Shown here in pieces: positions 42,401-56,800 of a stretch of DNA of 64,000 bases; positions within the stretch are counted from its first letter, which is position 1; every line of letters starts with the position of its first letter. This DNA comes from the human T2T-CHM13v2.0 reference genome, Homo sapiens, in assembly GCF_009914755.1 (NCBI RefSeq), contig NC_060934.1, one strand, 5' to 3'. The notes below the pieces were generated by a model, which did not search any database, had not been told where the DNA came from, and saw only the letters and a program-made list of their open reading frames with translations. A program made the translations under genes and the position numbers.

Positions 42401-43783
42401 GTAGGAAGGAAAGAAAGCAAAGCACATGCAAATTGACCGACGATAAACCACAAAAGGAAGTTATGTCCTTGTGTGGGGTGACGAGTTGATGGAGATAATG
42501 GTAGAATGTTGCTGAGGACGCTTCCAGCAGCCCTGACCTGGGCAGGAACCAGAAAGGGTTAATTAGAAGCCACTGGGAGACTTGGGGAAAGGAGGCGATC
42601 CAAGGCAAAGGGCTAAACTGACCTCCTAGCCTGCCTGTGGCCATTCCAAGGTGTAGACATAGATTCTGTGACCGCCGAGAGTGAGTTAACTAGGAGGAAA
42701 TATGAAGGGAGCCCTGCAGAGCTGCCACCTCTAGGGTCCTGACGAAGGAGGAGTTTTTTTCAGCCCTGCCAAGCCTTTGCTTTTGTTCCGTTCCCAAAGG
42801 TGGGGTGTGAACCTTATCTCCTCTCCCTCTGTGCCTGAAAAATATAGACGAGTTGAGAGTTTTCTGCACTCAAGGGTGAGAACATCCAACCGTTTGGAAA
42901 CATGTCACCGTTAGAATGTAGCATCTTCAACCTGGGCTCAGTATGAGCCAGTATACCCAAAGCATGATAGCTTTCTGTTTATTTGTATAGAAAGTGCGTA
43001 TTTTCTCAACATTTTTATAAATGTTGTAGGTGACTAATTGACCTCCCACCCCAACCCCCACCTTGTTCTTATTCAAAGGAAATCTCAGGTGTCTTTTAAG
43101 CTGATCTGATCAGGATATGGGAACAGTTTGTGCAACCTGTGAAGGTTATTTAGGACAAACCCCAGGCTGCTAGTTCAAGTTCTGTGCAAGGCTATTTTGC
43201 AAAAAACTGTCTGGTTATGCTGTCTTTATATTGTATTTGTGTTTTGAGCCATAGCATCTGAGATAAAGGAAGAGTGTTCATCATTAACTCTTCAGTGATG
43301 ATGGGAATACTGGGTTTGCTTTCAGTCATCTGCTAATTTTTCATTTCCCTGCCCTATGATCTTACCCTGGGTGTTACTTAACCCTTGAAACTTTTTTCTT
43401 TTTAAAGAATGTAGTGTATTTGTAAGTAAGGTCCAGGAGAGGGAAAGGGGGAAAAAAAAGCAAACCTACTTTGCTTTGGAAAAAACCGTCTAGAAGATAA
43501 ATTGGGAGACAGGAAGGAGGGAAGGAAGGAATCTGCCACAAACCAGAATGGCAGTAGAGCCAGTAACTTGCTGCTTCTCTCTCCTTTGGCTGAAGCAGTC
43601 ATTTTTGAGAGCACATTTTCCCAGGAGGTGTTTAGAGCCTCCACTCAACAAATCTAGCTTGTGTTTTGTAGAAGGATAAAGGATTCATGAGTGTATGTGT
43701 GAACATATTCAATGGATTGAAAATGAGTCTACCCTGAAGACCCCAGATTTTTGATCTGCTCTTTTGATGCAGTTGATAGAATA

Positions 43784-43843
43784 ATGGAGTGTGGTATACC
43801 TCCAACCCTTGTATGCGTTGGGAGAGGAGGGGGACTACACACG
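43784..43843 (+). CDS. NRG3: Coding part of an alternative NRG3 N-terminal exon (MECGIPPTLVCVGRGGGLHT)
   Basis: ATG in good context (ATAATGG) at 43784, 20 codons, then donor ACG|GTAGGG at 43844. The peptide matches my recollection of the N-terminus of the alternative (fetal-brain type) NRG3 isoform. Confidence 0.8.
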
Positions 43844-46800
43844 GTAGGGGTATTTCATGTTCTTTCTCAATTGATTTCCTTGTGTACCATTCCGGAGGTC
43901 TTTAAAGAAAAGCCCAAGGTAATTATTTCTACCCCTCTATGCTCTCTTCCTACATTCCGTGGACGGGAATGGCAGCCTGTTTAATAAGTAATGATTATTG
44001 ACAGGGCCCTCAGCCCCAAGGAAAAGAGGGGAAAAATCTGTAAATGGTGTCAATGTTCACATAGACATATAAGCAGTATTTGTTGTATTTGTATCTTAGT
44101 TTCAGCTCTTTCTCTTTTTTAAACCTTTACAAGAAGTTGAATTAAGGTATGTAATACAAGTATGCAAAATCCAGCTGAAATTGACCTGGTTTGCATCTAT
44201 AAACAAGGGAAATTTTAAGGAAAAGTGGATTATGTAGTTTTCATAAAACGTGTTTAAATAGGCAAGTTGTATGGTGACTTGAAGAAAGAGGATAGTTTAG
44301 TTATTTTTTTCATCCAAGATTGCAGGATGATTAACAAAAGGAAATTAAGATTTCATTTGAGAGATTATCAGCAGTGCTACTGTAGGATGAAAAAAGCCTG
44401 AATCACTGGTGTTCATATTTTTTTTACTTGTCTTGATTATGCCCGTAAAGTTCCCAGGAGAGAAATTTTCTTTTCCCCAGCTCCTACCTCCATACTTTAG
44501 TGGGTCTTTCCGTCCTTTCTTTTTTTTAAATGAAAGTAATGGATTCTGTTGTAGTACTTGAAAAAAGGTTAAGGATGATGCTTTCGTTTTTTGACTAACC
44601 CACAAATTCTTTAATGGCCAGGATCTTTGCTCTTGCATTGGATACCTGAAGGCTTATGGAATGAATGTCTTTGTGTTCATCTTAGATCAATCAGAAGGAT
44701 CCTGTCTGTAAGGATCCTGTCTCTTTGGAGTGGAAGAGGCTGGTTCACTGACAATGAACATGCTTGCTAATGGATAATAGGATTTTTTCAAGCAAAAGCT
44801 GTTTTTGCTATGGGAAAGGCCCAGTTAGAGAACTGTTTCTAATTTTCTGTAGGAATAAAGACAAAGAAGGATTGAACTTTAAAGGCAGGAGGAGAAAGGA
44901 GGGTTTGCAAGTTGATTCTTCTCTTCCCGTCCTCCACCGTTTAGGCCGTGAGCTGGACCAAAACTTTCTTCAGCGTTCCTGGGATTCTTGGGTTTCCACT
45001 TGCCTAGTACTTGCTTGCACTTCAGACTCTAAAAACGAATGTCTTAAACATATCGCCAGGGGAGATTATTTCACCAGAAACATCTTTGAAGCATTTTGTA
45101 TTTGAAAGTAGAGGTTAATTTACAAGTTTTTCAAGCCAAAGGGAGGAGGTCACTACAGACAGTAGAAAACAGTGATTTTGACCAATGTACAATCAGCCTT
45201 TCCCTTTTACAGCGCCTTCAATTTCGTTTTCAGATTTGAAATATAGTTGTACAATGCTGCCAATGCAAATGTGGATTGTTTTAGAGACATAGAATTCTTT
45301 TACTAAGCTGAAAATACTGTTTAACAGGTGGTAGCCCGGAGTCATTGGCTAAATTCAAATACTAAAGACAAAGAGCCTCTTTTTATAGGTGTTTCTTTGG
45401 GTTAGATTTGGAAGGTATATGGTTAATTATAATGAACATCACAAATATCTAATAGTGTATTTAAGAAGAAATAAATGTAGAATGTACATTTGATGTTTAA
45501 GCAAGGTATGGAGGCAATTTTAATTTAATCATGTCTATTTCTATAAAACTTTACCTAGTCATACCTACTGTAATTTTTAAGAGAGGCATTGATAAAATCA
45601 AGTATTTTCTTATTTATTCTTTTCAACATCTTCATTCCTTAAATAAGGGTACACTTGTTTGCTTTATAAGCAGCCTCAGATATAATTTGTTTAAATAAAG
45701 TTACTTCTGTACATTGTATTCTCTCTACATGAGTCGAGGCCTTTAAAGGCATCCAACGTAGAAGGTACTGACCCCAATCATGCATGGTAGCCAAAGTGAG
45801 AGGATTCAGAGCTCAGGATCAATATTTCTTATGAAATCCAATTGAGAGCTTTTTTTTATGAGCACAGGCTGCAACCTGAGTATGTTTTGATTTCCTTTGG
45901 CCTTAATTCAGGATTATGAGACTTTTCTGCTTTAATCAATTATGCTGTACAATTTTACTGTTACACACTTATGTTGCACTTCATGGTCCTAATTAAAAAA
46001 AGAGGGCAGGGGTGGGTGTGTTGGCAAGGATATTTTTAGGGCCCTTTTTAGTTTGGACTCGTTGGTCTCCGTGCATTAAGACAATGCGGTTTAAGCATTC
46101 CTCCCCAGTTCTTCAGACTGAAGTGAGGGATAGGAGGTGTTGTTAATTGAGAGTCCCTTCTGCAGGATTAATTTGTGAATCCAGCTACAGTTATATTTGT
46201 GCTATTTTCAAAACCTGACCAAAAAAAACAAAAAAAAACCCAGCTGGTTTCTGGCAATTTCTCGCTGTTACTGAAGCTTTTCTAAATTCAGGTTGGGCAA
46301 CAACAGGAGTGTTGGTGCAGTTTGAAATCAGTGCCTTCCTGGGAGATCCAGGATGTAGAGGAATACCATCTCTCCTCTCTCTGGAGCTACTTTCTCAGCC
46401 CTTCCTCCCCTTTGTACACAATGAGAAGAAAGCTTATTTTCAACTTGCTTTTGTAGAAATTCTTTCCTCATAACCTCTCATCTCCAATGCCAAACATATC
46501 TCAATATTCTATCTGGGATGTCAAAAATGGAACATGAAAGTTGGCCCTGAAGTATATAAGAGCAAGGGAATAGTCATAAATCTAAGTCTGTAAAATGCAT
46601 TTGAATTGCTTCTGAATAGAACTGAAATTCATTTTTCTTTCTTTCTAGCTGTTTTTATCTTTAGACTCGTGTGTTGGGTAAGGACAGAGCTGGTACTGCG
46701 TTGACAAATACATTTTGAGATCCTAGAAATTTTACTTATCCACCCAAGAAAGTGTTCCCTCCAGAACCATATACATAATGAAGTGAGCAATGGACTCTAT

Positions 46801-49800
46801 TTGAAACTTTGCAATATCACAATCAAAACTTACCTACATAAATGTTTCCTCTTCATGCAATTATAAATAAAATCATTAGACACATGTTTAGTTTGGTTTT
46901 CCATTTCACTCTTCCCCTAAGACTTCCTGTACTCCCACCTGCCAGTATTTTATAGTTGAATCATGGCTCTGACTGAAGGCTCCTTTCAGGCTTTTGTGTT
47001 TTTTTTGTGTTTTTTTTTTTTGTTTTTTTGCCCTTTTTTCCTTAGCCTAGAGTACAAGGAGTCAATACTCATTAAATGAAATTTCTTAGATATGCTTAAC
47101 GTCTTGCTTCAAGTTGTTTTATAAGTTAATCTTTTGGGTAAGTTAGAGTGCTTAAGTTGATGTAGAAAGTTAAGGAAAAAAATACTCCTTTAGGGAACTG
47201 AGTTATTAAACTGTCTTGGTGATTTAAAACAATAATTAAGGATTCTTAAAACCTGATGGAAGCTAATGGTCATTTCTTTTCCCCCATAGATTGGTATACA
47301 AATCATATTAATTTTGGTAGCATTTTTATCTGATTCCACAACACAGTTGAGCAATTGAACATAAGCTATCATATACATTCATATAATTATATTTTCATAA
47401 TATATGTCACATGTTTCAAATGTTTACTAAGTATCTATCTGGGGGCATTGCAATGCTGTTAAGTAATTGGTTGACTCCGAAAGTTTGTAAAAGTAATGGT
47501 TCATAAAGCAGACAATTAAAATAAAACTTTTAATCACTACAACATTCAGCCTCCCATGTCTTGATGTTAGGGCGAAGGCTTTTTCTAAGTATGTGTCTAC
47601 TGGTTTAAGCTTAGCATCTTTGCTTTTCTTTTTTTTTTAATTAGCCACACCTGTAACTATCAGCTTTTTTTTTCTTTTAAAAGACACTAGCGAAGGAATC
47701 CGTATGCAGATTCTTTATAAATACAATAATAAACCCTTGCCCTGGGAATCTCTTGCAGTTTTCTTGTCTATATGATTCAGTTTCTTTTTTTATGCTTTAA
47801 AAAACAACTTACCTTTTGGAGTTTCTTCAAAGCATTCAACTACATTTTAATAGAAACTACAATTATCTTTCATTTCCATAATCATATATCACTGGTTTAC
47901 ATAATATTTAAGTAAATTACATAATTAGCATAAGAACAACTGACGTAAACAAATCTATTATCCCAACTGAGTACTGTAAAGTGCACAACTCAGCTGGCAG
48001 TTGCAGCAGAGTGTAGGTTTCCTTGAGCTTGGCCTGGTGGCTGTGTCCCTTTCACTGTGCAGTGGGCCTCTTTGGTGTGTTCCTGCCAGGCAGTGTGGTG
48101 GCAGCCAGTTGGCTAAGAGGAGTTAGATTAAGGAAGTGATTCCTTTAGGAGGTAACAGTATTAGAAATGAGAGTCAGTCATAACCATATTTTTTAGGGAC
48201 TCTCATGGAAGGGTAACAAATATATGTGTGTGTGTGTGTCTGTGTATGATACATATATATATTTATAAACAATATTTGTTTGTATATTTCTATATAAAAC
48301 CTCTAGCCGTGAATTCTATAATAGCTGTGCAACCTTTAGGAACTGATACAATCTCTCTGAAGTTTAACTTCCTCCCCTGGTATAATGAGGTTGATGACAA
48401 TAACCTGACTTCTATGCCAATCCCGAAAGAGTTTATAAGCTGAAAAACAATCACTGTTTTTATGTCAAGTGAAATGGGAAGTAGATAGACTGGTTATTTT
48501 CATCCAAGAGCACATCAGACTATTGAATTCGGTTGAAATATTGGAGCTGGTTTGTTACCTAGCTTGAGGGATCTTTCATCACAATGAAAGATTATTGTTC
48601 TTATATGCCCTTGGGTTTTTCTTATATTCCTCTCTGATATCCTGGCACACACAATAAAATATAGTGTGGAGTCCTACCTCAAATCACCTTGGAAGTTGAA
48701 CCACAAACTGGAGGTCATCATTTCTCATTCTTTGCTTGGAAGGTGTTTTTTAAAGCCTATTTCCAGCATATGTTTATCAAAGAGAGGAGCTGAAATTTGG
48801 GAGAAAATGAGTGAGATTCCTGAATGATCTGGAAATCTGAAATCTAAACATTCTTGATAAAGCAAAATATGTCCTAGGTGCCCTTTTGTGCCATCCCTAC
48901 ACTAATTGTCATTGGGTCTTTAGATTTTGGAGAGAATTTGTGTGAAAATAGGCATGTCTGCACTGCATTCCCTTGGCCACTTAGCAGTTACTGTGAATTA
49001 GATTCTCAAGAATTAATAGGTTGATTGTATCCATCAAGGAGCTCTTTTAAAGATACTGTTTGGATTTGTACTTTGGGGAACTTTAATATTAGCATTTTGG
49101 AAATATATTTCTTCAAATCTGTGTTTGTTGGAAATCTCATCCTGAATTATATCTTAAAGTATTACTTTTTGTTGTTATAAGCTTTTATTTCTCAAGACAG
49201 GTTGGTGATTGTACATAAATCATAGATTGCCATTCCTGGGCCTAAAAAGGGATCAGTCAGAAGCAAACCTACAAACTGAATTCAGAATTAAGTTTAATAA
49301 TGGAAGTTTAGCAGCTTCCAGTGCTAAGATTTTGTCTTTGAGGCCTTTTCCTGGAAGTGATAGTGTGTATCATGGATGCAATATAGGCCATACGAACATT
49401 TTTTTAAAGAAAAGGTCAGCTGAATCCATGCAACTACTTTAGCATTAGTATGTTACAGCCAGGGTTATGGGAATAGAATTTTTATGCTAAACGTTTGATA
49501 AGAATTCTTAAATATATCAGCCTTCCTCCTCAGATACCTTCCTATGACTACATGCAACCTCTGGCATGATTTCCTGTGAATTGCCAGGGAGCTAGAAATC
49601 CACTAAAAGAGAAAGCCACACCCTCATCATCATCAGATTTTCTTCATTTTTGTAGCTTGAATTTTACTTTTAGTAATGTAGAAGGATTAGTCACAGATAA
49701 TCAGTCTTGGAAGGGGCTTAAGAATTTAAGTAATAATAAAAACGACAGCTGCCATATGTGGAGGGTTACCGTGTGCCTGGGCATGTAGCACTGTACATTC

Positions 49801-50282
49801 TTCGTGTTATTTATTTTTGAAATAAGGATTGAAAAACAATCATATCTAGGCCTGCAGCCTAGGTTTGATTATCTCACTGATAGAGTTAATCAAGCTGGGC
49901 TTAGGATATATAATTTGCCTAGGACTTGCAGAAATTGTTTGGATAATCAAGAAGACTGGAGGAGTGTTTTACAGGTAATCTCTCCCCACCTCAGTCTTAC
50001 TTACCTAATTCACTGTTATAGTGTCACTATATCCATTTGTACATTGCTTCTGTCAAGCACTTCACACACAGATAGTGGCATTTGCCACTGTAAACTCCAT
50101 AAATAGCTCACCTGCACTGTACCTGTTCTTTGCTCTGATATGGAGGAATCTAACTAGAGAAATTGCCTGGGTTTTCTGTCTAAGGAGAAATTCAGATGTT
50201 TCGGTAAAAGATAAAGAATATGTTGTTCTGAATGTTGTCTTCTTGTTTATTTTTTAAGTTTTGTTGATATGTAATTGATATG

Positions 50283-50606
50283 CAATGTGCTCTCCATACA
50301 CATCCTTGGGTTCTGCATCTGTGGATTTAAGCAACCAGGGATCAAAAATATATTTAAAAATAAAAACAACAACACAACAATTAAAAATACAAATAAGAAA
50401 CAAGTATAGTATAACAACTATTTACATAGCATTTACACTGCTTGTAAGTTCTCTAGTGATGACTGAAACTATATGGGAGGCTATCCTTAGGTTATATGCA
50501 AATACCAGGCCATTTTATGTAAAAGACATGGGCATCCTAGGATTTTGATATCCTGGGGGAGAGGAATCCTGGAACTATTCCCCCCTGGAATACCAAAGGA
50601 TGACTG
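50283..50606. mobile_element. MER2-type Tigger MITE inside an L1M fragment (~50250-50920)
   Basis: gggttctgcatctgtggatt...aggttatatgcaaatac...cctggaac...ggatgactg|ta. Confidence 0.8.
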
Positions 50607-51837
50607 TACAAAAAATTGTACATATTTAATGTGTACATATCGATGAGTTTGGACATGCATATACCTATTAATGCTGTCACCACAGTCAGGGTACTAAACA
50701 TATCCATCACCTCCAAAAATTTCCTTGTGTTCTCTTGTGGTTTTAATTTTGTTTAGGTAGAACATTTAACATGAAATCTATCTTCTTTTTTAAGTATGCA
50801 GTATTATATTGTTAACTAAGTACTATGTTGTACAACGGATCTCTAGAACTTATTCCTCTTGCATAACTAAATCTTTGTACCCATTGAGCAACAGTTCCCT
50901 ACCTCTAAACTTCTGTTCCTTGATCTTTTTAACTCTCTATTTTCTCTTATGGCTGCTTGTAGGTGATTCAATGTAACAATGACAGAAAACAGTTACAGAC
51001 TTTATTCCTCTGCTTCCTAAAATCCAGTCAAAATTGCCTTCTCTGCCCATTCCAAGCTTACTTTTGGTTACAATAGTGACTGCAGTGTATGCTGAGACTG
51101 ATCAATGGAAAAGTGTCAGGGAACATTTGGAATGATAGCCTTTTAGTTCTGTAGACACTAAAGTACTGACTCTACCAAATCAATGATGGGAGTTGGAGCT
51201 GCATGCAATGCCTGCTGCAGAACATCTGAATTCCATCTTGGAGCCACACTGCGAAGTACCCATCACTGATTATCTACCAGTTCTAAGAAGGGGAACATTG
51301 GTGAGACCTTGATATTCTGCCGGGGGTACTACAAACTAGACCCAATCATTGCTTACTTGCTTGACATTTTTGTTTGCCAAGTGTTCTTTTAGCTAGAAGA
51401 AAAAAATTCTCTTTTGGTTAAAGTAAAAGATAGTTGAGATTGTTACTTTTACAAACTTATAAAAATAAAATGGAAATAGATCAAGTTCTAAGATCACGTG
51501 ACACTCATTTGAATAGCCATGCTGAAGGATAGGAATACTGTAGTGTCAGAAAGATTGTATTGTCAACATCCTGTAAGACTGTAAATGAATCCCATAAACT
51601 AACAATGACAGTTGTGCTCATTGTTAGTCTATGAGGGGGGCCACTGGGGTTGTTTGCCCAAATTTATTGTTAGACCAAAGCTTTTTTCAGCATGGTGGAA
51701 AAATCTAGAGACACCAGAATTTTTTAAAAAATGGGCTGTAGAAATGTTTATATTAAATGATAGCTTGACTGAATTCTATTTCATTGACTTTTCAGTATGA
51801 TACTCTCTGTTTCTGGATTAAAAAACTAACACATTTC

Positions 51838-52015
51838 GGGTGTGGGGGAGGTAGAGCATCAGGATAAATAGCTAATGCACGCGGGGCTTAATACATAGGT
51901 GATGGGTTGATAGGTGCAGCAAACCACCATGGCACACGTTTACCTATGTAACAAATCTGTACGTCCTGCACATGTATCCCAGAACTTAAATAAAATTAAA
52001 AAACAAAAACAAAAA
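51838..52015 (+). mobile_element. L1PA (older primate) 3' end
   Basis: atagctaatgca...ggtgcagcaaaccaccatggcacacgtttacctatgtaacaa, followed by an A-rich tail. Confidence 0.88.
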
Positions 52016-53539
52016 CTTCTGACAAATGCCCACTCCATGCCGAGCAGGTACAGTTGGTAGCACTTCTGTCTTAACCAAATGAAAGCTGCCTTGGTTAACA
52101 GGTATTAGTTATATTAGCTCCCAAACCTGTTTATGCTGATTGTTTTTGTTACTGTAATTGGGTAATGCATTTAAGTATTCTATAAATCTGTGAATTGTGG
52201 TTTCTATTAAAACGAAGTTCATTACATTGGATATAATCCATAAACATAAGTCACTTTAAAAAAAGTGCTTCTTCTACTTGACAAAGTTGTGAGAAGTTTA
52301 ACGAGAATATATTTATATATCCATAAGAAATTTGCACTTGTATTGTTTCACATGTTAAGATTTTATTCCACAATAAACTAAACTGGAAAAATCACATTAT
52401 ACATTATGGGTATGGTTTTTCATAAGAAGGACAACAGATGTTTACTCAGAGAAAAGCCTTGAGCTCTATAACCAAATATTTGGCAAGTGAATGTGCATTT
52501 GTATGTTTTAAGTTAAAATAATAAGTAAAATAAATTTTGTTTACCCATGTGATAGATATTACAAAGCTATTAAATTTTGTTGTACTAATTTTAAAGCTTT
52601 CGGGAAATGTTTGGTATATAATTTTTATCTAAAACTTTGGGTAGAAAATTATATAAGATATCCATGATATTAAGCTTTACTGGTCACTAGATTTAATATA
52701 TAGTAACTGTATTCAAAGGAAGTATACCAAATTGTTCATGGTAGTTCTTTCTGGATTTTGGAATAGGGATGCTGTTTAATTTATTGTACTTTTTTGTATT
52801 ATCTAAGTTTTAGTTATTGTTCATGAATTATCTTTTTTTCTAATTAGAAGTTGTTATACTTTTGAAAAATGTAAAGAATATACTCCATGAATCAGTTCAA
52901 TTATTGGTCTTGGTTCTGTGAAGATTGTTTTTTCTTTATGTCTAAAGAGTTTGTTTCTTAATTGGTGGTGTCAGCATTAAAATGTTGATGGAGTTGGGTT
53001 GCTGCTGTGAAATGCAGATGTGTAGAAGTGCAAATGCATTTCCATTTGCTCATGGGAAATAATGCCTTATTGAAGGCAGAGTTTCTTACTCTGGGCCTTT
53101 GATGATTAGCCTTGACTTTATAAGGGTATAGAAGATGGGAGTTTAATGAGATACTTAATGGCTCTTCCAGTCTGCAGATGTTAGACAGTCTTAGTAGTAT
53201 TGCTATACAAGGATATAGCCAACAGAAATCAATAAGTTATATACACATATTAATCAACTATCTGATCTATTCCAAGGATCAAATGAAAAGAGAACACAAA
53301 GGCTAATTGACAGTGCTGAGTACTAGAAAGGAGATGTTTGGTCAAACATGAATGGGTGGGATAACCAGTTCAAAGGTTTACTGGATGCTATAAGCCTCTC
53401 CCAGAATCATAAGATATTTATTCTTATATTAATTTTCAGTGGCTGGAACATAGACAGACTCCAGAGTCCATAGGAGAGTGGTGATTTGTAGGGCACATGA
53501 CCCATAAGTTTGGTGATGAGTTGTGCTCAAAGTCCTTCA

Positions 53540-53820
53540 AATAGTTCACAAATGCAATGTTGGTCCAAAAGAGCCAGAACAAATATATGATTCTATTTAT
53601 ATACTGTGTAACAATTAGAAGTCAAGATGGTGATTATCTTTGGGGAGGAGGGGCAGGTAGTGAATGGAAGGGGACCCAGGTGTAGGTTTTCCTGTATTGA
53701 TAATATTGTGCTGCTTGATATGGGTGCTGGTTACATGAGTGAGTTCACTTCATCAAAATTTAGTAACTTCTATACTTTTGATTTGTGCACTTTTTGTATA
53801 CATCAATACTAACTTGAAAA
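53540..53820 (+). mobile_element. L1ME-like 3' end
   Basis: ttagaagtcaagatggtgattatctttgggg...gggtgctggttacatgagtg. Confidence 0.65.
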
Positions 53821-56800
53821 AATAAGAGAAAACTTCAGGAACATTCCTTTGGCCTTTACCACTTCATGCAACCAGGGTGGTGGCCTGAGTTTATAGGTTT
53901 TTCCATGTACAGAGACTGGATGGTAGCTCTGAAAGTTTGTTGTTGGTGTCTCACAGTCCAGCAGATGCAAAGAGGGTCTTCCTGGCTTCAGCATTTTCCT
54001 TTGTTCTCAGGATCCCCTCTTAGTGAGACTTCATGCAAACACCCACATTCCCTTTTGACGTAAGCCTTTCTGAGTGGACACCTTGTATTTATATTCAATA
54101 AAACCCTATTTCACTCATATCAGGAGTGTTCCTGATATAACACATTGCGACACTTTTCACATATCTTAACACATGTAAAACCCCACTTGTATCCTGAGAA
54201 TGGCATTATTACAGTTCTGCAAACATTAAAGTGTGATATACACAAGAAAGATAATTCATCATCTGCATCTGTGGTTTTTGTTGAGAAGATCAGAAGATAT
54301 GCACCAAAGAATCATTAAGTGCTGAAATGTGTGATTCCAAATGAAAAGCATATGAGGCCATTTCAGAAAGTAGTGCTTAGAGGGAGAAAGGTAGTTTCAA
54401 GGGAGAATTTCCTTAGGCAGAGTAATAGAGAAGGGAGGCCCAGGGAGGGAAAGGTCATTAATAAAGGTAGAAGTTTGCATGTACCCACCTATATGGGAGC
54501 CAGTGAGGGTTCTGACCTGGTAGACAGACGGCCTCACCTTTTCCTTGGAGCAGCGCCTGATTAAGGAGGGAGGGTTTTGGAGGACACAGCTTGATTCTAT
54601 GTTAAGCCACAGTCAGAATGGGTTGCAAGGAAGTGATACAATATCTGTGGTATTTTCAGAAGGTGCGAGGTTTCCAGGATGACTTGGAGAGAGGAATGAG
54701 CAGCGAATTTTAAAGATTCTCTAAGGCTAACTTGTTCCAAATCATTTAAAGATATTGTCTCTGATTTGTGCTGGATATATTTAAGTATTGACTTCATTCC
54801 AATGCCTCTTCAAAGCGCTGCAAGAAGCAATAGAATTGGCATGTTTTAAGGATGTTTAGTTTATCCATAGTCGCATCAACAAAGCCCTAGATTTAACCCA
54901 AAATAACAGCTTTCAAATACCTAAAAATTTGCAAGTAGAGATACAAGAAGAATAACAAGAAGGAACTCTTGATTTCACTGCCTCACCTAAATTAACCTCT
55001 TACTGTCTTTAGGTTTTTCAGAGGCAAAAACTCCTTTATGAATTGATTGCCACATCACCCTTCTGGTTCCATCTGAGGTCTTCTTTGCAGAAGCCACTCA
55101 GCACCTTTTGGAATTGAATGCTGACATCGCATCAGATTCAAAAGGAATGCTGCTGTTGATTCCTTTCTGTACTCATCACATGGTGAGGAATATGCTGGGA
55201 GTCTGTATAAGATGAGGCTCTTGCACGGCCTGCCAGAGAGTGCCTGTCATGGACTGGAGAACTGCATCCGTTCATTTACATATCGGCAGCTAAAATTAGT
55301 GGAGTCACCCACGTTTTTCACCCTAAAGAAGAACCTTCAGATAAGAATCCAGTTCATCACTCTCGCCTGCTCAGGCTTACTTGGTTGCTCCTTGTTACCA
55401 GACAGAGGGGCTATAGCGCTGTGTAAGAGCAAATGTTAAATTAGTATTAATAGCCAATGGCATCTCTCTTCTATTTTTCACTGATCAGGTAATTTTCACT
55501 GATGTCAACATTTATAATACATCAGCTGACATATACAAGTGTTATTTGCTTGGAATATTTTTAGTTTATCTATTTTATTGACTTAGATAAAGATATATTT
55601 TTTAAAGTTATTTGTTCAGGTCTTTTTGTATTTGATCAGAAGAGGTTTTTGAAAGGAAGGCGAAGCTGTAGATCAGGGTTTTAACAAAATGAGCATCAAA
55701 TCCAAATCTGTGTTTCTCCTTCATCACTGAGTTTTGTAAGCTTCTAAATGACCTTTTGTGGTACCACACTGATGCTCATCTTGCATTGTGAGAGGCTCTG
55801 AGTAATTTATGATAAATAATGAAATGCTGTTTCCTCCAATACACTGCAAATGGCTGAGTCTTGTAAAAGTCTAAGGAGCTCTATTACTTCTAAATGACTA
55901 GATAACACAAAAATGTTAACCCTAAAGAGAAAAGGTCAAGTAGACCACGTGCTTGTGAGCCACAGTCCTTCTGCCTGGTGCCTTCTGACAGGCTTTCTGC
56001 ATCTGAACTCTGCAGGGACTGGCACCTGAAACATTACTTTCTAGAATGGCAAGGAAGGGTTTAAGCCTTTCGGCTACTTGGATTGGCTAGAAGCAATAGT
56101 GGTTTGTTTGGAGTGGGGAAGGGAGAAACTTGCCGAATCCATTTAACATTTGAAACCCTAAATTAATTTTTAAAAAAAATCTGTTACCAGTGGTAAGAAT
56201 TTTGTGATGCTAGGAAACAACAATTTAAGTATTTTATTTGAGCACTGATATAAAAAGAAATATTAAAAAGCAAGCAGAGTAATGTTAATCTGTAGGAAAC
56301 TATAGAAAGCTGACATCTTTTCAAAATTAACCTTTGCCATGATGTTTGCACTCTCTTGCTCATATCCACGTATACAAAAATAAATACATAGTGAACATAT
56401 TCAGTCTACAACTCTCAGCTCCCTGGTATTCCACAGTGTATTCCTACCATTGGAAAATACTGTCCACAGTGAATATGTGTGTTCTCATCCTGATTGCTGT
56501 AAAATAACTGCATATCTAAGTGTTAGGGTTTGAAGACTTTAATTGCTAGCTACAGAGTGTCTTTATGTATTGCACTTCCATTTTGAAAATTGAATTAAAT
56601 TGCCGGTCAGTGAACTCTTTATAATGACAGGAGAGTGTCTATGCAAGCAAGCCATTGAGCAGAGTGATCTTTGGCCAGTGATACTTTTAAACTCAGACAC
56701 TTTGCTGAAGTTTGCCACTGAATTTTCTCACATTTCCCCAGATGTTATTACATTGCCAAATGAAATCATCTGTTCCCCCTAGTAGAACTGCCTCCTTTCC

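Noticed and set aside
44695-44724. 15-bp tandem duplication aaggatcctgtct(g/c)t
   Set aside because: Ordinary slippage duplication in an intron with no further signal.
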